34,255 nucleotides of DNA from the sequence record SRR20825019_1396; one strand, given 5' to 3'. Shown one piece after another: positions 26,198 through 34,255 of the stretch. Position numbers and translations under genes: made by a program. The notes beneath the pieces are model-generated. The model saw nothing but the letters and a program-made list of their open reading frames with translations, did not search any database and was not told the DNA's origin. Every line of letters begins with the position of its first letter. Position 1 is the stretch's first letter.

Positions 26198-27292
26198 CTA
26201 AAAATAATTTATTGGGTTTGTGTTCACCTCAGTTAAATGAACGGCAAATGTACTGAATTTTTTCTTCAAAATATCAGCTAAAAGTTCGGAAGTATATTGT
26301 TCGCTCTCAAAGTGACCAATATCTGCGATAACAATCTGACCCTCTGCATCGAAAAATTCATGATACTTATAATCTCCAGTGATGAAAATATCTGCTTGTG
26401 CTCTCTTCGCATTAGCAAGCAAAAAACTCCCTGCTCCTCCGCAATACGCAACCCGCTTTATCGGCTTGTTCAAGAACTCTGTATGTCGAATAACTCCGCA
26501 ATTGAAGTTACTCTTCACTAGCGCGAGAAATTCCTTCTCCGACATTTCTTGATTCAGTTCGCCCACCATTCCACTTCCTTCATAAGGATTTTCGTTTTGA
26601 AGAGCGTAAATATCAAAGGCCACTTCTTCATAGGGATGCGCCAGTTTCATTGCAGAAACTACTTTATTCAAAATATGGGTTGAAACGATTACTTCTATTT
26701 TCAATTCTTCTACTTCGCTTCGCTGATCGATTTTCCCTTCAAACGGACTTGCTCCGTCCACTGGAGTATAGGTTCCAACTCCTTCTATATTAAAACTCGC
26801 TTCTTGGTAATCGCCAATGCGCCCAGCTCCAGCTTGAAACATTGCCGCTCTAACGTTTTCAGCATGCGTTGTTGGTACAAAAACAATCAATTTACTGAGA
26901 ACTTCTCGTTTCGGAGAAAGAACTTTTACGTTCTCAAGTCCAAGTCTTCGTCCAATTTCGTGATTCACTCCCCAGCGATAATTATCCAAATTGGTATGAA
27001 TCGCATAAATAGCAATGTCATTTTTTATTGCTTTCAAAACAGTCCGCTGAACGTAATCTGTTCCATTCAACTTTCTCAATCCCTTAAATACAATGGGATG
27101 ATGCGCAATTATTAACTGACAATTTCGACGAATTGCCTCTTCCACCGTTGCTTCTATGCAATCAAGGCTGATCAAAACGTTTTCTACCTCATCATTTGAA
27201 TTCCCGACGATTAATCCTGAGTTGTCATACGACTCTTGACTACTGATCGGAGCCAAACTTTCGAGGTAGCTTGTAATTTCTTTAATTCTCAT
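26198..27292 (-). CDS. Nif3/DUF34 dinuclear metal protein with PII-like insertion
   Basis: YDNSGLIVG, IIAHHP, HTNLD, HPYEEVAFD, TGDYKYH, GHFESE. ATG at 27292 preferred. Confidence 0.93.
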   Translation of the reverse strand: MRIKEITSYLESLAPISSQESYDNSGLIVGNSNDEVENVLISLDCIEATVEEAIRRNCQLIIAHHPIVFKGLRKLNGTDYVQRTVLKAIKNDIAIYAIHTNLDNYRWGVNHEIGRRLGLENVKVLSPKREVLSKLIVFVPTTHAENVRAAMFQAGAGRIGDYQEASFNIEGVGTYTPVDGASPFEGKIDQRSEVEELKIEVIVSTHILNKVVSAMKLAHPYEEVAFDIYALQNENPYEGSGMVGELNQEMSEKEFLALVKSNFNCGVIRHTEFLNKPIKRVAYCGGAGSFLLANAKRAQADIFITGDYKYHEFFDAEGQIVIADIGHFESEQYTSELLADILKKKFSTFAVHLTEVNTNPINYF

Positions 27293-27302
27293 TTCAATGC
27301 TA

Positions 27303-28058
27303 TTAAATGGCTCTTGTAAAACCAAATGAGATCCCTAAAGATCTACCAAAATGCTCATACGAATCTGTTACGATATAAGAGTTCGATAATTGATAACGAA
27401 ATTCTGGCAATACAAAAATGCTCCAATCATTTCCCATGTTAGCTTGAACACCAACATTCGCCACAAGGCTTAAAACGAAAGGTGCGTAGCCATTCTTTTG
27501 CTTAATAGATTCTTCCCCCGGAGTATTGGTTGATGTCGTCCATTTTTGATCTTGATTGTATTGAATGAACATTTGTGGAATTACTCCGCCGCCAGCAAAA
27601 AACTTAATGTCTTTTCCAGTTGTATAATAGACCTTAACAGGCATTGAAATGTACGTATAGCGCGTTTCGTAGCTAAACATTGTATCCGGAGCTTCGAACA
27701 AATAGCTCTCTCCGTTTCTCAGAAAAGAAATTCCACCTTCCCAAGCCAAATGTGGTTTTACTTGACTTCTAAAGCCTAATCCAAATGACCAAGTTCCCAA
27801 TTTCGCTTCATCTGCTCTTTCGTTAAGCGGATCGGCGTGTAGTCCAACATTTTCACGAAGAAGTCTATTTGAAGAAGACCAATTTGCCATGAAGAAGATC
27901 TCCGAAGTAGACGCGTCTTTTGCTAATTTTGGTTCTTCTTTTTTCTCTTCTTTTACTTTTTCGGTAGTCTCCTTAGAAATCTCAATTTGAGCCATGCCGT
28001 TCATAGCACTTGCCAGAAAAAACAAAAAGAGCATTGAGCGTTTGAAGTATCGTTTCAT
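27303..28058 (-). CDS. Outer-membrane beta-barrel protein (PorT/OmpA-barrel-like)
   Basis: Signal peptide, alternating aromatic beta strands, YISMPV motif, terminal strand SLGISFGF. Confidence 0.75.
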   Translation of the reverse strand: MKRYFKRSMLFLFFLASAMNGMAQIEISKETTEKVKEEKKEEPKLAKDASTSEIFFMANWSSSNRLLRENVGLHADPLNERADEAKLGTWSFGLGFRSQVKPHLAWEGGISFLRNGESYLFEAPDTMFSYETRYTYISMPVKVYYTTGKDIKFFAGGGVIPQMFIQYNQDQKWTTSTNTPGEESIKQKNGYAPFVLSLVANVGVQANMGNDWSIFVLPEFRYQLSNSYIVTDSYEHFGRSLGISFGFTRAI

Positions 28059-28143
28059 TATAGCGAATTTTTAACAAATATCGGAAAAATGACTCACTCC
28101 ATATCCACCAAGGAATCAATGAGAATCCCTATTTTTGATATTA

Positions 28144-30054
28144 ATGCTACCTATCATCAAAAAAGTCCCGAAATCAACGCTAAGCGTGCTGCAACGTTTG
28201 ATGATTGGATTTTTGATGCTCCTTATCTCCAGAATCGTTTTTTTTGTAGCCAACTTTTCCATTTTCACCGAAGTAACTTTAACCGATTGGCTTAGTGGGA
28301 TTTGGTTCGATTTAATCACCTTATGTCTTTTCTACTTCCCCTTCTACTCGTTGTATATGTTGCCAATACCGATCCGCGGTTATCGTTGGCATCGCGTTTT
28401 ATTCAGAGTCGGATTTCATCTCATAAACGCTTTCTTGATTGGTACAAATTTCATCGACGCAGGTTACTATTCATATACACTTAAACGATCTACTCGCGAT
28501 CTTTTCGATCATGCTTTAAAGGACAATCATTGGGGAGACTTAATGGGAGCCATTTTACTCGATTTTTGGTGGTTCGTTTTGTTTTTCATCGTTCTTATTT
28601 TCCTAAGCGACTTTCTTTATAGAAAAACGATCCAACCTTTGGACAAATTCCCAGCACCAAGAGCCTATTTTTCCTCTTCGATTCTTCAGTTTTTTATTCT
28701 AGTTCCTGTTCTATTCTTAATTGCTCGCGGGGGAATTCGTCCGAAACCGATTGGAATAATTGACGCTACAATGTATTCGAGTTCAATAGAAACAACCGAT
28801 TTCATTCTGAACACTCCTTTTACCTTATTGAAAACTGTCGCAACGGAAGATATAGATGAAAAACAATACATGTCTCAAGAAGAAGAACTTCGGCATTTCA
28901 ATCCCATTCGTACAAGTCAACCACAAAACATTCTTCCCGAAAACTCCAATGTTGTTATTGTGGTTTTAGAAAGCTTTGGGATGGAATTCGTGGGTTCAAT
29001 AAGTGGCGAAGAATCATTCACACCTTTTTTGGATTCACTCCTTGCTCAATCGATGTCATTTGATCATGGATTCGCAAATGGGAAGAAATCAGTTGAGGCT
29101 ATTCCCGCGATTATTTCGTCCATTCCAAGCTTATTAAATGAGCCATACTTAACATCGACTTACGCCTCCAACGCGATTGAGAGTTTGCCGAAAACCTTGA
29201 GTCAACAGGGTTACGCAAGTGCCTTTTTTCATGGTGCAACAAATGGATCTATGCGCTTCGACGCTTACTCAAAACTAGCAGGATTCGATTACTATTTTGG
29301 TCGAACAGAATATAACAATGACGCGCATTATGATGGAACTTGGGGGATTTTCGATCACCATTTTAATCCATGGGCAGCAAAAAAAATCAGTAAACTTAAA
29401 GAGCCATTCTGTAGTTTATTGTTCACCGTTTCTTCCCATCATCCCTATCGAATTCCAGATGAATTCAAAAAGAAAGTAAAACAGGGAGACCAGCCAATTT
29501 GTGCCTCCATTAATTATGCAGATCAATCGCTCAGGCTTTTCTTTGAAGAAGCGCGCAAACACGCTTGGTATAAAAACACACTATTTGTGCTCGTTGCCGA
29601 TCATTCACCATCTTCTAACACCGCCCTTTACAACCAGCGAACACACATGTATCGGATTCCAATTGCATTTTTCCACCCAAAAGGACATATTAAGCCCCAA
29701 AAAAGAGCCGAAATATTGCAGCAAATCGACCTTTTCCCAACTATTTTGGATCTTTTAAATGTTAAAACTTCTTATTATTCGGTAGGAAAATCATTTTACG
29801 ACACAACAAAAACTGAATCAAACAGGGCAGTTAACTACATCGGAGGAACTTTTTTCTACTACAAAAACGATTTTATGCTCACTTTTTTTGATGATCAGGC
29901 ACAAAATTTGTTTAATTTTACTTTAAGCAGTATTCAAACGGAAGACTCATTGCGTTTTTACAAAAAAGAAGTTCGTCAAAGCGAAATCGAATTGAAAGCA
30001 CTTCTTCAGCGTTATTACAGAGATCTCCGTTCGAATAGAATACGAAAGCTATGA
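28144..30054 (+). CDS. LTA synthase (LtaS/MdoB)-family membrane protein with sulfatase-like domain
   Basis: About five N-terminal TM segments, RGG motif, NVVIVVLESF, NGKKS (Ser at the nucleophile position), SSHHPY, LFVLVADH, QIDLFPTIL. TATTTTTG box at 28130-28137 precedes ATG 28144. Confidence 0.9.
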   Translation: MLPIIKKVPKSTLSVLQRLMIGFLMLLISRIVFFVANFSIFTEVTLTDWLSGIWFDLITLCLFYFPFYSLYMLPIPIRGYRWHRVLFRVGFHLINAFLIGTNFIDAGYYSYTLKRSTRDLFDHALKDNHWGDLMGAILLDFWWFVLFFIVLIFLSDFLYRKTIQPLDKFPAPRAYFSSSILQFFILVPVLFLIARGGIRPKPIGIIDATMYSSSIETTDFILNTPFTLLKTVATEDIDEKQYMSQEEELRHFNPIRTSQPQNILPENSNVVIVVLESFGMEFVGSISGEESFTPFLDSLLAQSMSFDHGFANGKKSVEAIPAIISSIPSLLNEPYLTSTYASNAIESLPKTLSQQGYASAFFHGATNGSMRFDAYSKLAGFDYYFGRTEYNNDAHYDGTWGIFDHHFNPWAAKKISKLKEPFCSLLFTVSSHHPYRIPDEFKKKVKQGDQPICASINYADQSLRLFFEEARKHAWYKNTLFVLVADHSPSSNTALYNQRTHMYRIPIAFFHPKGHIKPQKRAEILQQIDLFPTILDLLNVKTSYYSVGKSFYDTTKTESNRAVNYIGGTFFYYKNDFMLTFFDDQAQNLFNFTLSSIQTEDSLRFYKKEVRQSEIELKALLQRYYRDLRSNRIRKL

Positions 30055-30926
30055 AACAGCATATTCGATTTATTATTAATCCAATTTCTGGAGTGAGCGA
30101 TAAACGCAACATTCCGAATATGATCGAGCAACACCTTGATAAGGAGCTGTATTCTTATGACATTTCTTTCACAGAATATCGAAATCACGCTGCTGAACTC
30201 GCAAAGAAGGCATCGCTAGAATCTGTAGATATCGTTTGTGCGGTTGGAGGAGACGGATCTGTTCACGAGGTTGGAACTTCGCTTATTGGAACCTCTACTA
30301 AATTGGCCATTATTCCTATTGGATCAGGAAATGGCTTGGCACGACATTTAAAAATTCCTTTAACGGTTAAAGATGCAATTCTTTGTCTTAATGAAGGTTC
30401 TTGCATAAAAATGGATACTGTCAAAGTGAATGACAAATCATTTTTAGGTGTTGGCGGATACGGTTTTGATGCGATTGTTGCTACCGCTTTCGATAAAGGT
30501 CCAAAACGTGGACTTCGTGGCTACATAATGACGATCATTAAAGAGTTTTTCAAGTATAACCCATTGAACGTTTCAATTGACGTTGACGGAACAGTTAAAA
30601 CGCTTCCTGTTGTTCTTTGTACGGTTGCCAATTCTTCTCAATTCGGAAATGGATTCACTGTTTCTCCTGAATCGGATGTAACAGATGGGGAAATTGAACT
30701 TTGCTTATTGAAACCTTTTTCTCTTTGGAACGCACCTTCTATTGCTCTTGATTTCTTCAGAAAAAGAAGTCATAAGTCGCGATTTTCTGAAATTATCCGC
30801 TTCAAAAACGCTAAAATCATGTTCACAAACAAAGTGGCACATTACGATGGTGAGCCTTTTGAAGTAAAAGATGAACTTTTGGTGAGCGTTGTCCCGAAAA
30901 GTCTTAATATCTTAGTGGGCAAATAG
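30051..30926 (+). CDS. Soluble diacylglycerol/lipid kinase family protein (DgkB/YegS-like)
   Basis: IINPISG, VGGDGS, IPIGSGNGLAR, DGE. ATGA overlap with the upstream gene. Confidence 0.92.
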   Translation: MKQHIRFIINPISGVSDKRNIPNMIEQHLDKELYSYDISFTEYRNHAAELAKKASLESVDIVCAVGGDGSVHEVGTSLIGTSTKLAIIPIGSGNGLARHLKIPLTVKDAILCLNEGSCIKMDTVKVNDKSFLGVGGYGFDAIVATAFDKGPKRGLRGYIMTIIKEFFKYNPLNVSIDVDGTVKTLPVVLCTVANSSQFGNGFTVSPESDVTDGEIELCLLKPFSLWNAPSIALDFFRKRSHKSRFSEIIRFKNAKIMFTNKVAHYDGEPFEVKDELLVSVVPKSLNILVGK

Positions 30927-30932
30927 CTCATT

Positions 30933-31385
30933 ATGTCTTTTATAGAACCCAATATTGAAGTAATTCTCGAAAAATTAAATCATCTTACGTTGGATACACA
31001 TCCAAAATGGGGTGAAATGGTAGCGCAGCGAATGGTAGAACATTTGTCTGACAGTATCGATGTTTCAACTGGTGCCATTCCTTTAAAGTTGCAGATTACA
31101 CCAGAGCAGCTTCCCGGAGCTTTGGCACACTTGCATTCTGATAAACCAATGCCACAAAACTTCAAAGCTTCTTATGCACCTCCAGGAGTTCCATTAAGAA
31201 ACGACGAGCTTGAAACCGCCATTGACGAATTAACAACTAAATGGATCGGATACGAAGAGTTCTTTGAAGAAAATCCAGATGTAAAAACGATGCACCCAGT
31301 TTACGGTGAATTAGATTATCAAAGCTGGCAGAAAATGCATTCGAAGCATTTTACACATCACTTTACTCAGTTTGGACTGATCTAA
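30933..31385 (+). CDS. DinB-like/DUF1569-like protein
   Basis: PKWGEM..QRMVEHL, HPVYGEL...W...HSKHFTHHFTQFGL. Confidence 0.8.
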   Translation: MSFIEPNIEVILEKLNHLTLDTHPKWGEMVAQRMVEHLSDSIDVSTGAIPLKLQITPEQLPGALAHLHSDKPMPQNFKASYAPPGVPLRNDELETAIDELTTKWIGYEEFFEENPDVKTMHPVYGELDYQSWQKMHSKHFTHHFTQFGLI

Positions 31386-31386
31386 A

Positions 31387-31545
31387 ATGCATCTGCTTCT
31401 CTATCCCATTCTTCCAGCAATTGTTGTTGGCATTTTAAATTGGCTTTATTGGAGAAAGCATGGTTACACAGCAACCTCTCAATTGTTCTTTGGGATTTTC
31501 ATTTTCTATGCGCTCTTTTATTCGACTTTAAAAATATTCTTTTGA
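31387..31545 (+). CDS. Small two-TM membrane protein (52 aa)
   Basis: Read by hand: MHLLLYPILPAIVVGILNWLYWRKHGYTATSQLFFGIFIFYALFYSTLKIFF. Starts 1 nt after the upstream stop and fills the gap. Confidence 0.6.
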   Translation: MHLLLYPILPAIVVGILNWLYWRKHGYTATSQLFFGIFIFYALFYSTLKIFF

Positions 31546-31570
31546 ATTACTACTTTTGAACAAGAAGACT

Positions 31571-32338
31571 ATGAAATCAATCAATTATCACATTAAGGCA
31601 ATCGTTACCACCTTTGAGCAACTCTCAAAAGGGAAATACCTAATTTATTTCTTGCCTGGAGTTATTCTTACACTTCTTTTTTTGTACTTCAACAGTAGAG
31701 TAACTTCTGTTGGTGAAGCAGTGAATTTACACAGCAGTTATAGTTGGATTGACTTAGCTGCAAGTTGGATAAACTGGCTCGTGAAGTGGCTATTCAGTGG
31801 CGCTAGTTTTATTGCGGAGCAAATATATATTTTCATAGCGCTTACTGCCCTCTCACCATTCTTCACTTCACTTGGAGAGAATATGGACAAAGACCTTACT
31901 GGATATACTATTAAAGGAGGAGTTATGCGCTTCTTAAACGACATGATTCGAATGGTGTTCGTAGTGATTTTGATGTTGATTATGGAATTAATTTTCTTAG
32001 GCTTTTATGGTATAATTTCCTGGATGTTCGGTTTTAATGAGTATTTCGATAAATTAGTTTACTTATTAATTGCTTCCTTCTTTTTTGGATTATCCTTCTA
32101 CGATTTCGCACTGGAACGATACTCGAAAGGTGTTTTCTCAACAATAGGATTCGCATTTTCAAACCCACTAGGGATGATGATCGTAGGTCTGATCTTCCTA
32201 GGAGTTTACAATATTCCCTACATTGGAATCCCACTTGCGCCAGTTCTTGCGGTAATGATTTCCACAGTCGCATACGCGTATTACATTAAAGCGCTCCCTA
32301 AAAGTGCTCCAGAAACAACTTTAGCAAAAGATGAATAA
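31571..32338 (+). CDS. EI24/CysZ-like multi-pass membrane protein
   Basis: Several TM segments, LSPFFTSLGE..D motif, GLSFYDFALER; TACTTTTG box at 31551-31558. Confidence 0.72.
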   Translation: MKSINYHIKAIVTTFEQLSKGKYLIYFLPGVILTLLFLYFNSRVTSVGEAVNLHSSYSWIDLAASWINWLVKWLFSGASFIAEQIYIFIALTALSPFFTSLGENMDKDLTGYTIKGGVMRFLNDMIRMVFVVILMLIMELIFLGFYGIISWMFGFNEYFDKLVYLLIASFFFGLSFYDFALERYSKGVFSTIGFAFSNPLGMMIVGLIFLGVYNIPYIGIPLAPVLAVMISTVAYAYYIKALPKSAPETTLAKDE

Positions 32339-33677
32339 ATACTTCACAGAATTTCCAAAAACAAGCGAAGAGGAATGGAAGCAAAAACTTCTTTCTGACC
32401 TAAAAGGGAAACCGCATGAACTTCTTGAAGTCAACGATGAGATTGAGGAAATTCACGTAGACGGATACGATCATTCTGATAGCGCGACAGGAAACAACGA
32501 ACGCCCAGGATCTGGGTCATTTGTTCGTGGAATGCTTACCAAAGATAATTCTTGGAACAACGGTCTTTATATTGAAGTTCAGGATGAAGTTTCCGCGAAT
32601 AAGAAAGCCATTCGACAGCTGATGTCGGGAGTTGATCTTCTCGTCTTTAAATCATGCAAATCAGATATTAATTGGTCAACTGTCCTAAACGGAATTGAGT
32701 TGAACTACATAAACGCTTGTTTTGAACCGAATTCATTGAGCGATTATGATACAATTGCTGAACTCACCAAAAACAATTCTGAGCACGTTTCATTTTGCAT
32801 AGACTTCATCAATGACTGGGAAGTAACTGATTTATCCAAGTTAGCCGTCAAATACAAGGATCAACAACAAGCATTTTGCTTAGTCAACGGATTTGGAATT
32901 CAGCGCGTTGGTGGAACAACATGGCAAGAAATTGCTTTTTCTCTAAATGCAGGTCACGAATATCTTCTTCAGCTTATGGAGAGCGGTTTATCTGTGGATG
33001 AAGCTGCGGCGTGTATTTCATTCCGAGTTGGAATTGGAGCAAATTATTTCTTCGAGATTGCAAAAATCCGAGCATTGAAACAATTATGGGCAACTGTAAT
33101 TGGAGCCTATAAACCTGAGCACTCGTGTAGCTATAACTGCTCAATTACGGCTTTTATTGGTCATACCAACAAATCGTTGAAAGATCCGCATACCAATTTA
33201 CTTCGTCAAAGCACTGAAACAATGGCAGCATTGTCGGCTGGAGTTGACTCAATTGTTATTCTCCCCCACGATTATTACTCAACGAATGAGGTGAGTACAA
33301 TTAGTGAGCGAATGGCTGTAAATATTCCCTTGGTTTTAAAGGAAGAATCTTATTTTGACAAAGTGATCGATCCTTTGGGCGGAAGTTATTCGCTTGAGAA
33401 AATCACTGAAATCATCACTTCAAAGGCTTGGAAACAGTTTCAGCAATTGGAACAGGCTGGCGGAATTTTAGATCAATCGGCTAAAACAACATTTGTTGCG
33501 GAAGTACAAGAAAAACAAGCGCAACGAATTACCTTCATTCAGGAAGGAAAACAAAAATTGATCGGGATTAACACCTATATGAATCCCGAAGAAATAACTG
33601 CAAAATGGGTAAACGTTCCGAGCTATTTAGGTCTTGAAGCGCTTATTCTTGAGCAACACTCAAATTCAGAAGTATGA
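32331..33677 (+). CDS. mutA: Methylmalonyl-CoA mutase small (non-catalytic) subunit
   Basis: [22 protein letters not shown]...[17 protein letters not shown]....[15 protein letters not shown]; directly upstream of the large subunit. Confidence 0.88.
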   Translation: MNKYFTEFPKTSEEEWKQKLLSDLKGKPHELLEVNDEIEEIHVDGYDHSDSATGNNERPGSGSFVRGMLTKDNSWNNGLYIEVQDEVSANKKAIRQLMSGVDLLVFKSCKSDINWSTVLNGIELNYINACFEPNSLSDYDTIAELTKNNSEHVSFCIDFINDWEVTDLSKLAVKYKDQQQAFCLVNGFGIQRVGGTTWQEIAFSLNAGHEYLLQLMESGLSVDEAAACISFRVGIGANYFFEIAKIRALKQLWATVIGAYKPEHSCSYNCSITAFIGHTNKSLKDPHTNLLRQSTETMAALSAGVDSIVILPHDYYSTNEVSTISERMAVNIPLVLKEESYFDKVIDPLGGSYSLEKITEIITSKAWKQFQQLEQAGGILDQSAKTTFVAEVQEKQAQRITFIQEGKQKLIGINTYMNPEEITAKWVNVPSYLGLEALILEQHSNSEV

Positions 33678-34255
33678 AAAGGATAGATTTTTCGAACATT
33701 CATCCATCAAGAGGAACGTCAACGAGTGAAACCATTTCGCGCGAGGTAACCTATACTACTTCTGAAAAAATAGACCTTAAACAATACTATCATTCAGACG
33801 ACATAAAAGAAACGGAACACATAGGTTTTGTTTCTGGAATCGCACCTTTTTTGCGCGGGCCTTACAGTTCAATGTATGCCATTCGACCTTGGACAATCCG
33901 ACAATACGCTGGATTTTCTACAGCTGAAGAATCGAACGCATTTTACCGACGAAATTTGGCAGCAGGACAAAAAGGGCTTTCCGTTGCTTTTGATTTAGCA
34001 ACACATCGCGGTTACGATTCAGATCATTCGCGTGTAGAGGGCGACGTTGGAAAAGCAGGCGTTGCGATCGATTCGATTCTCGATATGAAAATTTTGTTCG
34101 ATCAGATTCCCTTAGATCAAATGTCTGTTTCGATGACAATGAACGGAGCTGTACTTCCAATTATGGCATTCTACATTGTCGCTGCGGAAGAACAGGGTGT
34201 TGATCAAGCACTCTTGCAAGGAACGATTCAGAACGACATTCTGAAGGAATTCATG
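33674..34255 (+). CDS. mutB: Methylmalonyl-CoA mutase large subunit; partial, runs off the right edge
   Basis: Not in the ORF track. ATG at 33674 (ATGA overlap); [60 protein letters not shown] and [12 protein letters not shown]. Confidence 0.95.
   Translation, partial: MKRIDFSNIHPSRGTSTSETISREVTYTTSEKIDLKQYYHSDDIKETEHIGFVSGIAPFLRGPYSSMYAIRPWTIRQYAGFSTAEESNAFYRRNLAAGQKGLSVAFDLATHRGYDSDHSRVEGDVGKAGVAIDSILDMKILFDQIPLDQMSVSMTMNGAVLPIMAFYIVAAEEQGVDQALLQGTIQNDILKEFM

Noticed and set aside
25445..27292. Nif3-like plus zinc-ribbon gene pair as a new system
   Set aside because: A widely conserved, already described gene neighbourhood.
32331..33677. 448-aa mutase subunit as a truncated pseudogene
   Set aside because: It is an intact ORF coupled to the large subunit, and a short non-catalytic subunit is plausible for this group.
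1..34255. CRISPR arrays, tRNA/rRNA genes, IS elements, integrases, defence systems
   Set aside because: No repeat-spacer pattern, RNA-gene structure or transposase/integrase motif was seen, and the intergenic gaps are short.

Overview
Mostly core-genome window from an AT-rich Bacteroidota, probably Flavobacteriales. The assignment rests on the LpxC-FabZ fusion, T9SS C-terminal domains, TAnnTTTG promoters, AT-rich translation starts without SD motifs, and the rpmB-rpmG-DUF4295-ftsY order. Left to right: a large secreted M43 (pappalysin/ulilysin-like) multidomain metallopeptidase running off the left edge; ftsY, DUF4295 (bL38-like), rpmG and rpmB; a lpxD-lpxC/fabZ-lpxA-rlmD-cinA operon; a DUF1801 protein; a T9SS-type GH9 glycoside hydrolase; trxA; a TerC-led operon; menI-menF-menD; murB; a small accessory insert; a DEAD-box helicase; a beta-barrel/Nif3/zinc-ribbon run; and an LTA-synthase-family/DAG-kinase run ending in methylmalonyl-CoA mutase, cut by the right edge. 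The accessory insert is the best candidate for an undescribed system: an AraC remnant, then a signal-less effector-like orphan followed by a lipoprotein. Other points of interest are repeated promoter-N4-ATG (leaderless-like) starts, a 21-bp-period direct repeat upstream of the peptidase, a membrane-anchored stand-alone CTD-like protein, an RlmD lacking its Fe-S cysteines, and two small ORFs missing from the ORF track. No rRNA, tRNA, CRISPR array or transposase was recognised. All family calls come from reading motifs by eye, not from database searches.
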